Source: Eledone cirrhosa (Eukaryota). Taken from it: DNA of 64,000 nucleotides. The notes beneath the pieces are model-generated. The model saw only the letters and a list, made by a program, of their open reading frames with translations. It was not told where the DNA came from and searched no databases. The DNA is taken from assembly GCA_964016885.1 (NCBI GenBank), contig OZ024750.1:21142001-21206000 (forward strand), given 5' to 3'. Both the position numbers and the translations under genes were made by a program. How positions within the stretch are numbered: the stretch's first letter is position 1; each line of letters starts with the position of its first letter. This document shows positions 27,111 to 38,523 of the stretch, in pieces.

Positions 27111-27279
27111 CACATATATATATATGGACAGTCTCCCTTCCTCAGTAGTTAACTAGGCATCACGGATGTCCACCTTTTGTTCTTGTCTCCTTACCTTCTA
27201 ACACCCGTTATCAGTAACCACATCTCATCCATGCTTTTTGGTACACATATATATATATATACATATATATATATGTGTG

Positions 27280-27323
<44 letters not shown>

Positions 27324-27347
27324 TGTGTGTGTGTGTATATATAAGTT

Positions 27348-27470
27348 ATTCCGGGTTGAATCGGAGGTAACCACAGTAAGTAAGGTACTCAATACATACC
27401 ATAGTATAATAGTTTTAATATAGATGAGATTCTACAGGACTAGAACTGTTTCATTCTTTAGAAATCATCG
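27348..27470 (-). mobile_element. FB-C element fused to an FB-A element
   Basis: Minus strand GATGA-tttc taaa gaat-GAAA-cagttctag-TC-ctgtag plus the full tail to ...caacccggaat. Confidence 0.85.
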
Positions 27471-27706
27471 TAATAGGAACACGTATGACCCCGACGGCAG
27501 AGCTCGAGCCGTTTCGACGGCTATTTGTGGATTAAATAAGAATTTTTAGCCTGGTAAATTGTTATTTAGTCCAGAAATAGCCGTCGAAAAGGCTTGAAAT
27601 CTGCTGTCGGGGTCTTACTTGATCCTATTACCCACTCTACTACTTTAAGTATTGAGTACTTTGGTGCGTCATGGTCCATCTGGTTCCTTACCACAATTCC
27701 TTCGTT
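27471..27706 (+). mobile_element. FB-A fold-back element with a longer central spacer
   Basis: Arms taataggaac...cggctatttgtggattaaataa / ttatttagtccagaaatagccg...cctatta plus tail. Confidence 0.85.
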
Positions 27707-27805
27707 ATATATATGTATGTATAAATATATGTATGTATATATAGTATATATATGTATATATACTATATATATGTACATATATTATATATATGTATATATA
27801 GTATT

Positions 27806-28025
27806 GTGAAGGCGTGTGGCTGAGTGGTTAGAGAATTGGATTCGCAATCGTAAGGTTGTGAGTTCGATTCCTGGACCAGGCGATGCGTTACGTCCTTGAG
27901 CAAGACACTTTATTTCACGTCGCTCCTTCTACCTGGAGTTGCGAACGATAGATAGTATTAGCAATTGGAAAGACCAACGGAAACATTGTTACCGCGGTCC
28001 GATTTGACGAAAGTCGATTGTTTAA
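27806..28025 (+). mobile_element. tRNA-derived SINE family B
   Basis: tggctgagtgg A-box, gagttcgattcc B-box, gtccttgagcaagacacttt core; highly similar copy at 46627. Confidence 0.88.
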
Positions 28026-28229
28026 GATATATAGTATATATATATATGTATATATAGTATATATATAATTATATATATATATAATTAGATATATATATAT
28101 AATTATATATATATATAATTATATATATATATAATTATATATATTATATATATGTATACATATATATATATATATATATAATAAGGAAAAGCGAAGTAGT
28201 TTCAGATGTTCAAGTCCTTTAATAATAAT

Positions 28230-28303
28230 GCTGTGATATATATTTCAGTGACGACACTGGCCACACTGTTCTGTGTGCGAGTGTCGTGTCATCATCAGAC
28301 AGC
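28230..28303 (-). ncRNA. Complete type-I hammerhead ribozyme motif
   Basis: gctgt-CTGATGA-tgacacgacact..cacac agaaca gtgtg..agtgtcgtcact-GAAA-tatata-TC-acagc: 5-bp stem I, long stem II, palindromic stem III, AUC triplet. Confidence 0.85.
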
Positions 28304-28474
28304 TTGTTACATAATAAGGTTATGTTTCCGAGGCAATCCAAATTGGATCGACAAGGGAACGAATGAATTGCGTGTTCTTGGGTTTTTCATCCGCTCCCTT
28401 GTGAGTACCAATTCACCTCCACAGGCCTGCGCTAGCTCAAGCGTATGTCCGAAGGAAGTTGACCATTCGCCACC

Positions 28475-28548
28475 GCAGACTGATGATGACACGACACTCG
28501 CACACAGAACAGTGTGGCCAGTGTCGTCACTGAAATATATATCACAGC
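28475..28548 (+). ncRNA. Second hammerhead copy with an imperfect stem I 5' strand
   Basis: gcaga-CTGATGA...GAAA-tatata-TC-acagc. Confidence 0.65.
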
Positions 28549-29015
28549 ATTATTATTAAAGGACTTGAACATCTGAAACTACTTCGCTTTTCCTTATTCG
28601 ATATTTACTCCGTCACTCCTATGTGGAAAAAGTACGTTGAGTGCTTGAATTGAATTGCATCAATGTTTACCCTAATATATATATATATATATACATGGTG
28701 AAGAAAGACTCTATCATGCTACAGCACACATATAACGTATTTTCTGTATAATAAAGCTATTATTATCTGCAGCAGCGGTTGCAATCCCATCAATGATGGA
28801 CCCACCTTTTCGTGGGACATAAATTCTACCAAAGGAAACAGAATTTCAAATATTTAGAATAATTGCGTGATGCCGTGTATGGGTAAGGATGTATCAGAAA
28901 AGCGATACAACACACGCCAATTGCGATGGGTTTTCTTTTAAATAAACGAAAGGAACAAAAAGATAAATATTTCAAAATAAAAATAAGTATTTCAGAAATA
29001 CAGCAACTAAATTTT

Positions 29016-29079
<64 letters not shown>

Positions 29080-29084
<5 letters not shown>

Positions 29085-29275
29085 AACCAGTAAGACCCCG
29101 ACAGCTGAGCTCAAGCCGTTTCGACGGCTAATTCTGCATAATTCAGAATTAGCCGTCAAAACGGCTTGAGCTCAGCTGTCGGGGTCTTACTGGTTCCTAT
29201 TACCCACTCTACTACCTCAAGTATTGAGTACTTTGGTGCGTTATGGTCCACCTGGTTCCTTACCACATTTCCTTC

Positions 29276-29321
<46 letters not shown>

Positions 29322-29513
29322 AACCAGTAAGACCCCGACAGCTGAGCTCAAGCCGTTTCGACGGCTAATTCTGCATAATTCAGAATTAGCCGTCGAAACG
29401 GCTTGAGCTCAGCTGTCGGGGTCTTACTGGTTCCTATTACCCACTCTACTACCTCAAGTATTGAGTACTTTGGTGCGTTATGGTCCACCTGGTTCCTTAC
29501 CACATTTCCTTCG

Positions 29514-29515
<2 letters not shown>
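29080..29515 (+). mobile_element. Two near-identical tandem FB-A elements (29080-29278, 29317-29515)
   Basis: Same arms, same centre (ctgcataattcag) and same private variants; separated by (TA)n. Confidence 0.92.
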
Positions 29516-29556
<41 letters not shown>

Positions 29557-30808
29557 GGCGTTTGACCGGGCTTGTAGCTGCTTAAGGGTCGACCACCCTC
29601 ATGTTTCTGATTTTCAGCACCGAGGATTTTATCTATTATATTCCTTTGTTATAAATATATATACATATATACATGTGTGTCCTTATTTTATCGATTTGAT
29701 TAATACATAAACAATATATACACTGAATGACGGTGTTATGTACTATTTCGAGATAAGTTATGAATTTTATAAAAGAGGTTGTTTAAGTCGGAGTTTTTCC
29801 CTAGACTACTCTCTTTTTAAACAGGTGCTATGAAGAGGCTAGAACGTAGAACATAGCGATGTTCATCAAAATTGTAAATGGCATAAATAACGTGAAATAT
29901 AATTGTCTTTAGCCGCGCATTGGAGCCTGTTTGTTAGCTTTACATACTGTGGTTTTATCATTCGCTATATTTTCATAAATGGAGGAGGTCACCAATATAT
30001 TGCTTATTATATTTTACTTCCCCATATTACGTTGAATTATTTTCTACATTTGATTTTTATCACAACCAAAATATTGTGTAAATTATTTTTATAACACAGA
30101 CACTTACACATATATATGTATGCGTATATCCATATATATATGTATGTGTTTCTGGCTGGGCAATATGTAGAATCACAATCACGTATAATTATTGATGTTT
30201 TCTACAGATTCACGCTGTTTTACACATCTTTATAAACAAAACTTCTAACATACATCAGTTGGCAAATAAAATTACTTAATAACACTTTAACGTTAGTTGT
30301 AAACTATATTAGCTTTTCATTGCGATTGTAATAAGACTTTAATGTTTCTCGTAAAATGGAATAAGTTACTTTGCGTGCAAAGAGATATTTATTTGAAAAT
30401 AGCGTGACCGAAAATAATAATAATAATAATAATAAAAATTTGTGTGTATATAAATATTATGTCTGAAAATTTATATTAAATTTGTTTTCATATGTGGAGG
30501 GGGGCACAACACATTTAGCTTAACGGGAAAATAATTTGGAAAGAAATAGCAAAATAAATTTCTCAATGCAAGTCATATTCTATAGAAATTTTTTATAAGA
30601 TGTTCAGCATCCACCAAGAACTGCAAAAACGTTTAACGCAGTATGGAGTGGAAACGGAGGAAAAAAATCGAAAGTAACATTTGTCTTTAAAAAACAAAAT
30701 AAGCCGAAAATGCTTTTAAGCTAAAGGAACTTCCACCCAATAAATCTATCTTTTCACAAATGGTTAAACTTATGTTAGAATGCATTAAAATATCCATATA
30801 AATGTAAG

Positions 30809-30870
<62 letters not shown>

Positions 30871-31602
30871 TAGATATATGTATGTATATATCTATATACA
30901 TATATATAAATATATGTATGTATATATCTATATACTTATATATATATGGCTATATATGGCTATATGTATGAGTATAGTGTGTGTGTGTACGTTAATATCT
31001 ATTTATGTAAGTGTATATATATATGTGGGGGTGGGGTATGTACGTCTGTGTGTATGCGAGTGAGTGTCTCAAATGTTTAGCAATATTTATATTTCACTTA
31101 TGATTTTTATAGATTTAAATGTATTTTTCTTAAAATAATTTTTCAAAAACTATTTTCTTCTTGTACATTTATGTATTATAAAATTTCACACATATATCGA
31201 AACGACGACAACAACATGACAATAAAAGAAGGAAAGATCACAGATCAAATAAGCTAGTGATTGTCAGCATGGGTAAAATGTGGTTCAATAAAATTCATAA
31301 ATTGGCATAAGTTTCAGTGCCGTGGGGAGAAATATAACTTAAAAGTTTTTAGTAGAATATCTTGTCAGCACTCCGGTGACGGCGGCCCCTTTTAGAAGGT
31401 TTAACATTGTCTCATCACCACCACACAGTAAATCATTCCACACTCTAAATGCAATTTACATGTCTGCTTGCTGGTATGTACTTCTTGTTTAACCTTTCGC
31501 AAAATTAGAGACGATTTTAACACAGAAACATTACACTTTCAGTAAAGGTTTGACATCAGCTACATAATTTCGTATGTCTGTATATGTTTCTTTGTGTATA
31601 TA

Positions 31603-31659
<57 letters not shown>

Positions 31660-33399
31660 CAAGTGTGAAATATAATGCATGTCTGGAGCTGTATGGTATA
31701 TATATATATATATATATATTTGCTTTATCTTGACGTTTCAGTTACAGCTTATCGCAGTAGCTGCGGCATTCGTCAGAAAGGTAATAACGTTGAAAGTTCC
31801 ACGAATAAAATTTAAAGCCTGACATGCATCGCCTGATTTAATAAACCCATCAAACCTTAACTCGCCTTTGGTGGAGCGATCTGTGATGAACGCATAATAA
31901 CCAGGCCTTTTATTTGAGTATAAGGCCTTTGATTTGAGTATACATTCTTCATTCCCTTGTATCAAACTCGGAGTACAAGAAAATGGTTATAAGCACTGCC
32001 TAGTCACCTTATTATAAACGAATTACTATCTATACTATAAATTATTGTACTATGATTAGTTCTATTTATGTTCACATGCCCGTTTCTATTTTTTTCATAG
32101 AATTTCAGATACCTTTTATGACTGTTGCTCTAGTTCTCAATGTGATTAGTAATAATGCTAATATTCAAATACAGGTTTAACAAAGCCTCCTTTGGCAGCG
32201 ACCTCTGCCATGCATACACCTTATCATGTCTCTAGCTTAGGGAAAGATATTTTCTTTCTCTCAAGCAGGCTTTCTATGCCATGAATATGGTTGTGATTAT
32301 AATCCACCCACCTGTCTAACTATGCTATAGGTTCACAAGTACTTTCCAAATGTAACTATTCTGAACATTATTATATATCTTCTTTATTTTTTTCTCCTGA
32401 CGTTCGAAATAAAGTTTATGACAGAGGTTTTGATTTTCAATCAGATTCGTATTAATTTTGACAAAATCATGGATAAAATGTACAAACTTACGCACATAGA
32501 TAGTATCTAGTATAAAATAACATTATAAAACACAATTTCTGATATTGAAGCAAAGCAGAGCGTATAATCTCTATTTCCAGAATATTATTGTCTTACATCG
32601 TACGATTCATAAGATGACAAGAGAAACACAAATAGACATAACAATAAAATGAAATGAAATATCTCCTGAAGAATGTTCTAGCAGGAAGGACACAAATGTA
32701 ATGAAATAATATGTATGTGACACATGAGATCTGCCGCTGCGACAATCTCTTACGGTAATATTTTAGAACTGAATTCCTTTCAGTAAAAACTTCAAACGAT
32801 CTGTTCCACACAGAAATAAATCATTGGTGACACTAACAATTGTTATTCACCAGCCAAAATATCACGTTTCCAAAAGTGCAAACACATAAACCAACATATG
32901 ATAATATAAAACAACGGCAAAATTAACAACAAAAGTGTTCTGTTAGTTATTCACACCTGATATATATATGTAGTTAAATGGTATGTTCCGAAGATATAAC
33001 ATATGATATATTAGAACATCGAGTAGAATGTATTGCAACAGTTGTTCAAACTTTCTCTCTCTCTCCGACTTAAGCCTACTTTTCGTTTTCGTGCGTGTAT
33101 ATGTGTATGTGATAGCACGGCGCTTAGTGTTATGTTATTCGGATAATTATTGTAAGACGTTGATTTCAATTCCACAAGAAACACTCTGTCAAGTTACTCC
33201 TCACAACTCAACCGCGAGAAAATCAGTTGTGGCTATAATTCAGTGCCGTCAGATATCTGGCAAGTTGGATTTTTCCCGAGAACCACAGTAACGGTACATG
33301 TGTCTATAGAAATTGCAGCTGATTACCCATTAATATCATGAGGTGGATTTTCTGGTTGAATTGAAATTACTGGAACATACCATGCCAAATCTCACTTGT

Positions 33400-33574
33400 G
33401 TCCAACACACACAAAGAGACCCATATAATATATATGTCTTTCTCTCCCTCCCTCCATATCTCTCTCCCGCGTCCCTCCCCGCCCCTCTCTCTCTCGAGAG
33501 AGAGAGAGAGAAAGAGAGATGGAGATAGAGAAAGACATACATATTATATGGGTCTCTTTGTGTGTGTGTTGGAC
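33400..33574. repeat. Inverted repeat (about 46-bp arms) around a (TC)n/(GA)n core
   Basis: gtccaacacacacaaagagacccatataatat... / ...atattatatgggtctctttgtgtgtgtgttggac. Confidence 0.88.
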
Positions 33575-33780
33575 GAGATATCAATATGAATGGCCCTGTT
33601 ATTTTTAACTAAAGACTGTTTTCCAATTCCAACACCAGTCCTCTAATCTATCTTATCCGAAACGTTAAGACCCTCCTCCTGCTATATCAAGCGTTAACTT
33701 CTTATATCCCATCCATATACTGTACCGATTGTGTTGTTATTTCTGTTTACCTTTTACATATAATATATATATATATATAT

Positions 33781-34201
33781 AGTTAAAAGAATAGAGGTGT
33801 AACACACAAGTTATTATATATTGGTAAACGGAATAGAAAATGCTGACAAATTGTTCACAGTTGAAAAATGGTTTAATTAGGAATAAAAGAGTATTAGTGA
33901 TTGTATGGGTTAGTATTCAGTTGTGGTTTTAAGTTTTTAAGTTTTTACCGGTTGCGCATTTCTAAATGCTTTTCAAAAATAATTTTGAGATAGAGTGTCC
34001 GTGCTGTTTGCTCTGATCAGAGCAAACAACACGGACACTCTATCTCAAAATTATTTTTGAAAAGCATTTAGAAATGCGCAACCGGTAAAAACTTAAAAAC
34101 CACAACTGAATACTAACCCATACAATCACTAATACTCTTTTATTCCTAATTAAACCATTTTTCAACTGTGAACAATTTGTCAGCATTTTCTATTCCGTTT
34201 A

Positions 34202-34208
<7 letters not shown>
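33781..34208 (-). mobile_element. FB-H element: near-perfect 390-bp palindrome plus a 35-nt tail, in (TA)n
   Basis: Centre tgatca at 34014-34019 with no spacer; arms differ by an 8-nt duplication and one substitution; each arm has ttt-TTGAAAA-gcattt aga aatgc-GCAA-ccgg-TA-aaa (34054-34091). Confidence 0.88.
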
Positions 34209-34271
<63 letters not shown>

Positions 34272-34348
34272 AATTCTACGATTTTGCGTTCCGTTTCGCT
34301 TTTTCTACCGGTTGAAATGCGATTCTCGCTGAATTTATATTTATATAT

Positions 34349-34415
<67 letters not shown>

Positions 34416-34573
34416 GTGTGTGTGTTAAGTATTTAAGTAAAGAAAGGTAAAAGATAGAAGAGTGCTCTATGTATAGAACGGAGCTATTCAATTCCATAAT
34501 AAACAAGGCAATATAATTAGTCCAATAATTATATTGTGTTGTTTATTATGTTTATTATTATTATATATATATA

Positions 34574-34863
34574 CGAGGGCAATCCCAAAAGTAAGGTCTC
34601 CTTCCGATACTGCAACTTTTCCGTTAAAATCCCGTGGATGGTGCTTCCGGAAACCTCAGGAACCAAAATGCACTAGGTGGTGGCGTTAAAAGGGAGCTCC
34701 ATGTTCAACGGTTGCCAAGACACGATTGGGCATCCCAGCGAAGTGCGCGCATGCTTGTTTGGGAGCGAAGGAAGCACCAATCACAACAGTGTTGCCAACA
34801 GCCGTGCGAACAGTTTCTCTGCGTCCCCATCGCGTTGGAGACCTTACTTTTGGGATTGCCCTC

Positions 34864-34864
<1 letters not shown>
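34574..34864. mobile_element. Tc1/mariner-type MITE, 291 bp
   Basis: Perfect 28-bp TIRs cgagggcaatcccaaaagtaaggtctcc (34574-34601 / 34837-34864) with TA on both sides. Confidence 0.9.
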
Positions 34865-34912
<48 letters not shown>

Positions 34913-36687
34913 GATATGGTTGTGCATAGGTAAAACTGAGGCGAGGGTATGATAAAAGAATAGTTGCACACTAGAAAAATATGAGACTCTATGTAACATT
35001 CCATTTCAAAATATTTTAGCAATAATATTTGTTAAATATTGCCCGATAAAATAATATAGAGAATAAATTGTATATAATAGAATAGTCACAAAATGATATT
35101 GCTAAATCTTCCGGGAATGTTTAATGTATTTCAACTGATCAATATGAAATATGATCGAATATAAAATGTGTAGATGGTCATTTTATTCTGTGTTATTAAT
35201 ATTAAATGCAAAACATAAATACACACACATATATGCATATATATATATATATATATACATACATACATACACACACACACTCACACACACATACACACAC
35301 ACACATACACACATACATATATATATGAAAAACAAATTGTCGAAGAGTATCGATCAAAAATATACAAGTGTGTGTTTGTATATATGTATATGCATACATA
35401 CAGATATACCTACATAAACATGCATATAGACGCCGATACATGCATGAATATATATGTACACATACAGACACAACATCAGTGTTTATGGAAGCCAAGGGTG
35501 TCTAATACATGGATGGGTCAGTGAATATTTTGACATTATCATGTGACCCTTAAAGCCAATATCACGTTCACGATTCAGACACTGACATATTCATTATTAA
35601 CTAAGAGGTGTGTTTGCCAATGTTTCCCAGGAAACACGGTGATGTGATATCATGTAGTATACATTCACATCTCCAGTAAATGTATATTCTATTTAAGTAT
35701 GATTGCTAATCGAAATCAGACGTAGACATGGCCACACATATATAGACACACATGCACGCCATACACGCGCGCACACACACACACACATACACACATGTAC
35801 ATACACACACACGCACACGCACACGCACACGCACGCACACACACACACAACTATATAGACGTCTGTACGTCTTTCAATATATAAGATGATATGTATGCGC
35901 TACAAATTCGAGAAAATTTTTTTCCATACCAATCTATTGGTTGTTATTGGTACAACACCACACATAGATACACATGCGTGTTTTCAACAATTAATTTAAC
36001 AACCAAAATAAAATTGTTCAATACGTTGTCTCATGAATAACCATAGGTAAAGTAAAAACAAATATAAGTGCTGCAGAATACAATGCAAAATACACCATAA
36101 AGTTGTTTAAACGTTCTATGTGACATACCATGTTATATATGGTAACATAAATTGTCTACAGCTTACGGGGGAATAATTCCAGCTGTTATTTACTAAAGAG
36201 GTTTTTGGCTTCAACATGATAATAATGTCGCTGTTGTTTTAGTCATTAGCCAATGGTATATATTTTAATTGCCAGCTACTTACTATAAATCTTTCTATGA
36301 AAAAATGATAGAACGTTTCTGTGGCTGCCATACAAGAACGTTAACCTCCTGTAGATCTAGGAGATAACATATCAGCTTATTGATGGTTAACTTGACGAAT
36401 TAACCTTGAGAGTTGGGTTAGAATTGCCGTATTTACTTCGGCTCAATGAGGGCTGTTTTCATATACCAATAAGATCAACGTTTCTCTACATCCATTTGAA
36501 GTCAATATATAGAGAATCAGTCCAGTATTGAGGCCGATTCTTCCACTATCTCTCTGCCTTTCCCTCGCGGAGAGTCATACCCGACCAGCTTTAAAGGCTC
36601 CAGCACTGTCCTGTGTCAGGACTGTGCTCCGACAAATCCACTAGAGATAGTAGGATAACCTCCTCAAGTTTGATTTCATTATTTATT

Positions 36688-36872
36688 TGGATTGGCAGTA
36701 TCGGTAGAGGGTCGGACGCCATGCTTTCCAGCATAGTTACGTACCTTAACTATCTGAGTTCAAATCCCGCTGAGGTTGACTTTTCCTTTCATCCTTACGG
36801 GGTCGATAAAATAAAGTACCAGTAATGCACTGGGTAATTGCTGGCCTTGTGCCAAAAAGTAGAAACAATTAT
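36688..36872 (+). mobile_element. SINE family A
   Basis: Matches 7758-7952. Confidence 0.88.
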
Positions 36873-37518
36873 TTATTTGTGAAGGGGAACACGATCCTGC
36901 CACTTTTTCAGATACACCACATCAGTTAGATGATAGGAAAGAAACTATCCTGAATCGGAATGGTTATGAAAGAGACGTCTCCGCCGTAAAGTGTCCCACT
37001 TTACATTACATCCCCAAGATGCTCGATGTAAAAAAGTATCAGTTGATTACTGGAATATATCTAACTCAACTATTTTCTTTGCACACGTGAAATCATGGGT
37101 TAGATCTAACAGAGCATGTGTTTTAACAAATGCGTTAAGACGGTACCTAAGTCATATATTCAGCTGCACGACACATTGTGTCACGTTGATTCGGCTAGTG
37201 GATTGCATTAAATTTACACATGTCTGTAGAGGATCTAACCTCATACAAAGCAATAAATTGATCTAACCTCATACAAACAATAAATTGATCGAATAAATAT
37301 TTGTCCATCTCCGAAACCGACGGAGGATCCATTATTCCTCTAATATTAAATCAATTGACCTCAGTAAGAGGAAATGTAAAATCTACTGTAAATCCTGTTG
37401 TATACTAACGTTTCATGTGATTGAACTTTGATTCTCATTCTAAGAAAGCTTACGTCAATCAATCTCATTCTTACACATGCGTAATCAAACCTAATATATT
37501 ATTTCTCTTATTTTTCAG

Positions 37519-37547
37519 ATGACTATAATTCGTACTCAGACTCAAAG
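37519..37547 (+). other. Candidate 29-nt micro-exon of an unidentified host gene
   Basis: cctaat branch-like site, atttctcttatttttcAG acceptor and AAG|GTGAGT donor; open as (x)DYNSYSDSK or MTIIRTQTQ. Confidence 0.5.
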
Positions 37548-38484
37548 GTGAGTTATATCTTCCTCCGTTTCTTGGTACCGAAGAGAGCACTATCATTTTC
37601 GAGCATTCTTCTCCATTAACAATGAAGAAATTTGATAACAGTCTTTCACTGTAAATCTTCTTCCTTACTCCCTACAGCTGACTGACAGTTTTAATATGCC
37701 TTTTATTGGAACACAGTTATTCAGATGACCTTTCTAGAAGAATGGAATTTAGTTTTAATTATTAGAGATGTCTTAAGGCGCTAGTCATTTTCTTAGAGTG
37801 TTGACAGTAAGCGCTAAATTGTTCTAAGCAACATTCTGTTTCGAATTATCTTAAATGTATCTCTCTATCAGCTGACGTAAACATATATGAACATCTACTA
37901 TAAATATATATGAGTAACTTGTATAACTATACATGAACAGCTGCTAAAAAGACATATAAACAACTGCTTTATAGATATAGGAACAACTGCTACAAATATG
38001 TAGAGACAACTACTATATATAATAATGAATGAATGTATTTCGCCAATGCCTGTAGCAAGGAAAGAGAGGCCCATGTAGAAACATTTCCATTGGCTGAGCA
38101 TTCTACACAGGTGTACACTTAATTTAAGTCTCGGGGTGGGGAGTCAGTCTGTCACAGTGTGTGATGAGACCGACCAATTTGAATTACACTTGCAGTTCAG
38201 TTGTCGGGCTTCAAAAGAATTTCTGCCGACCCAGAATTATAAGGCATGAGTTGACCGACATTATGTTAAATAATACACAACATACCACGAAGTACGATCG
38301 AACCCGCAACTCGTGTCATAAAAAATGCGAAGAAAACTTCGTAAACATTCAAGAATGCTGCGTCTACGCAACTAATTGATAGATATGGGCAATTGCTATA
38401 TATATGTATGTAGATATATGTGGGTACAACTGCTATAAAGACGATGGAACAACTATTATGAAGATGCATAAACAATATGTGTGT

Positions 38485-38523
<39 letters not shown>

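Larger units (their letters stand above)
28180..28674 (+). mobile_element. FB-G fold-back element in (TA)n: 119-bp perfect inverted arms, 181-bp spacer, 76-nt tail
   Basis: 28180-28298 is the reverse complement of 28480-28598; TA tracts on both sides. Confidence 0.9.

Noticed and set aside
27810-27885. Functional tRNA gene
   Set aside because: A and B boxes are present but the sequence continues into a SINE body duplicated at 46627 and lacks a proper acceptor stem.
28206-28559. 117-aa ORF across the FB-G element
   Set aside because: It spans palindromic arms and ribozyme motifs and has no RT or GIY-YIG similarity.
12458-29515. CRISPR-like or terminator reading of the recurring hairpins
   Set aside because: No regular repeat-spacer period and no cas genes; eukaryotic context; the hairpins are dispersed mobile-element copies.
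31738-31965. 75-aa minus-strand ORF
   Set aside because: No recognisable homology or flanking splice signals; the length is compatible with chance.
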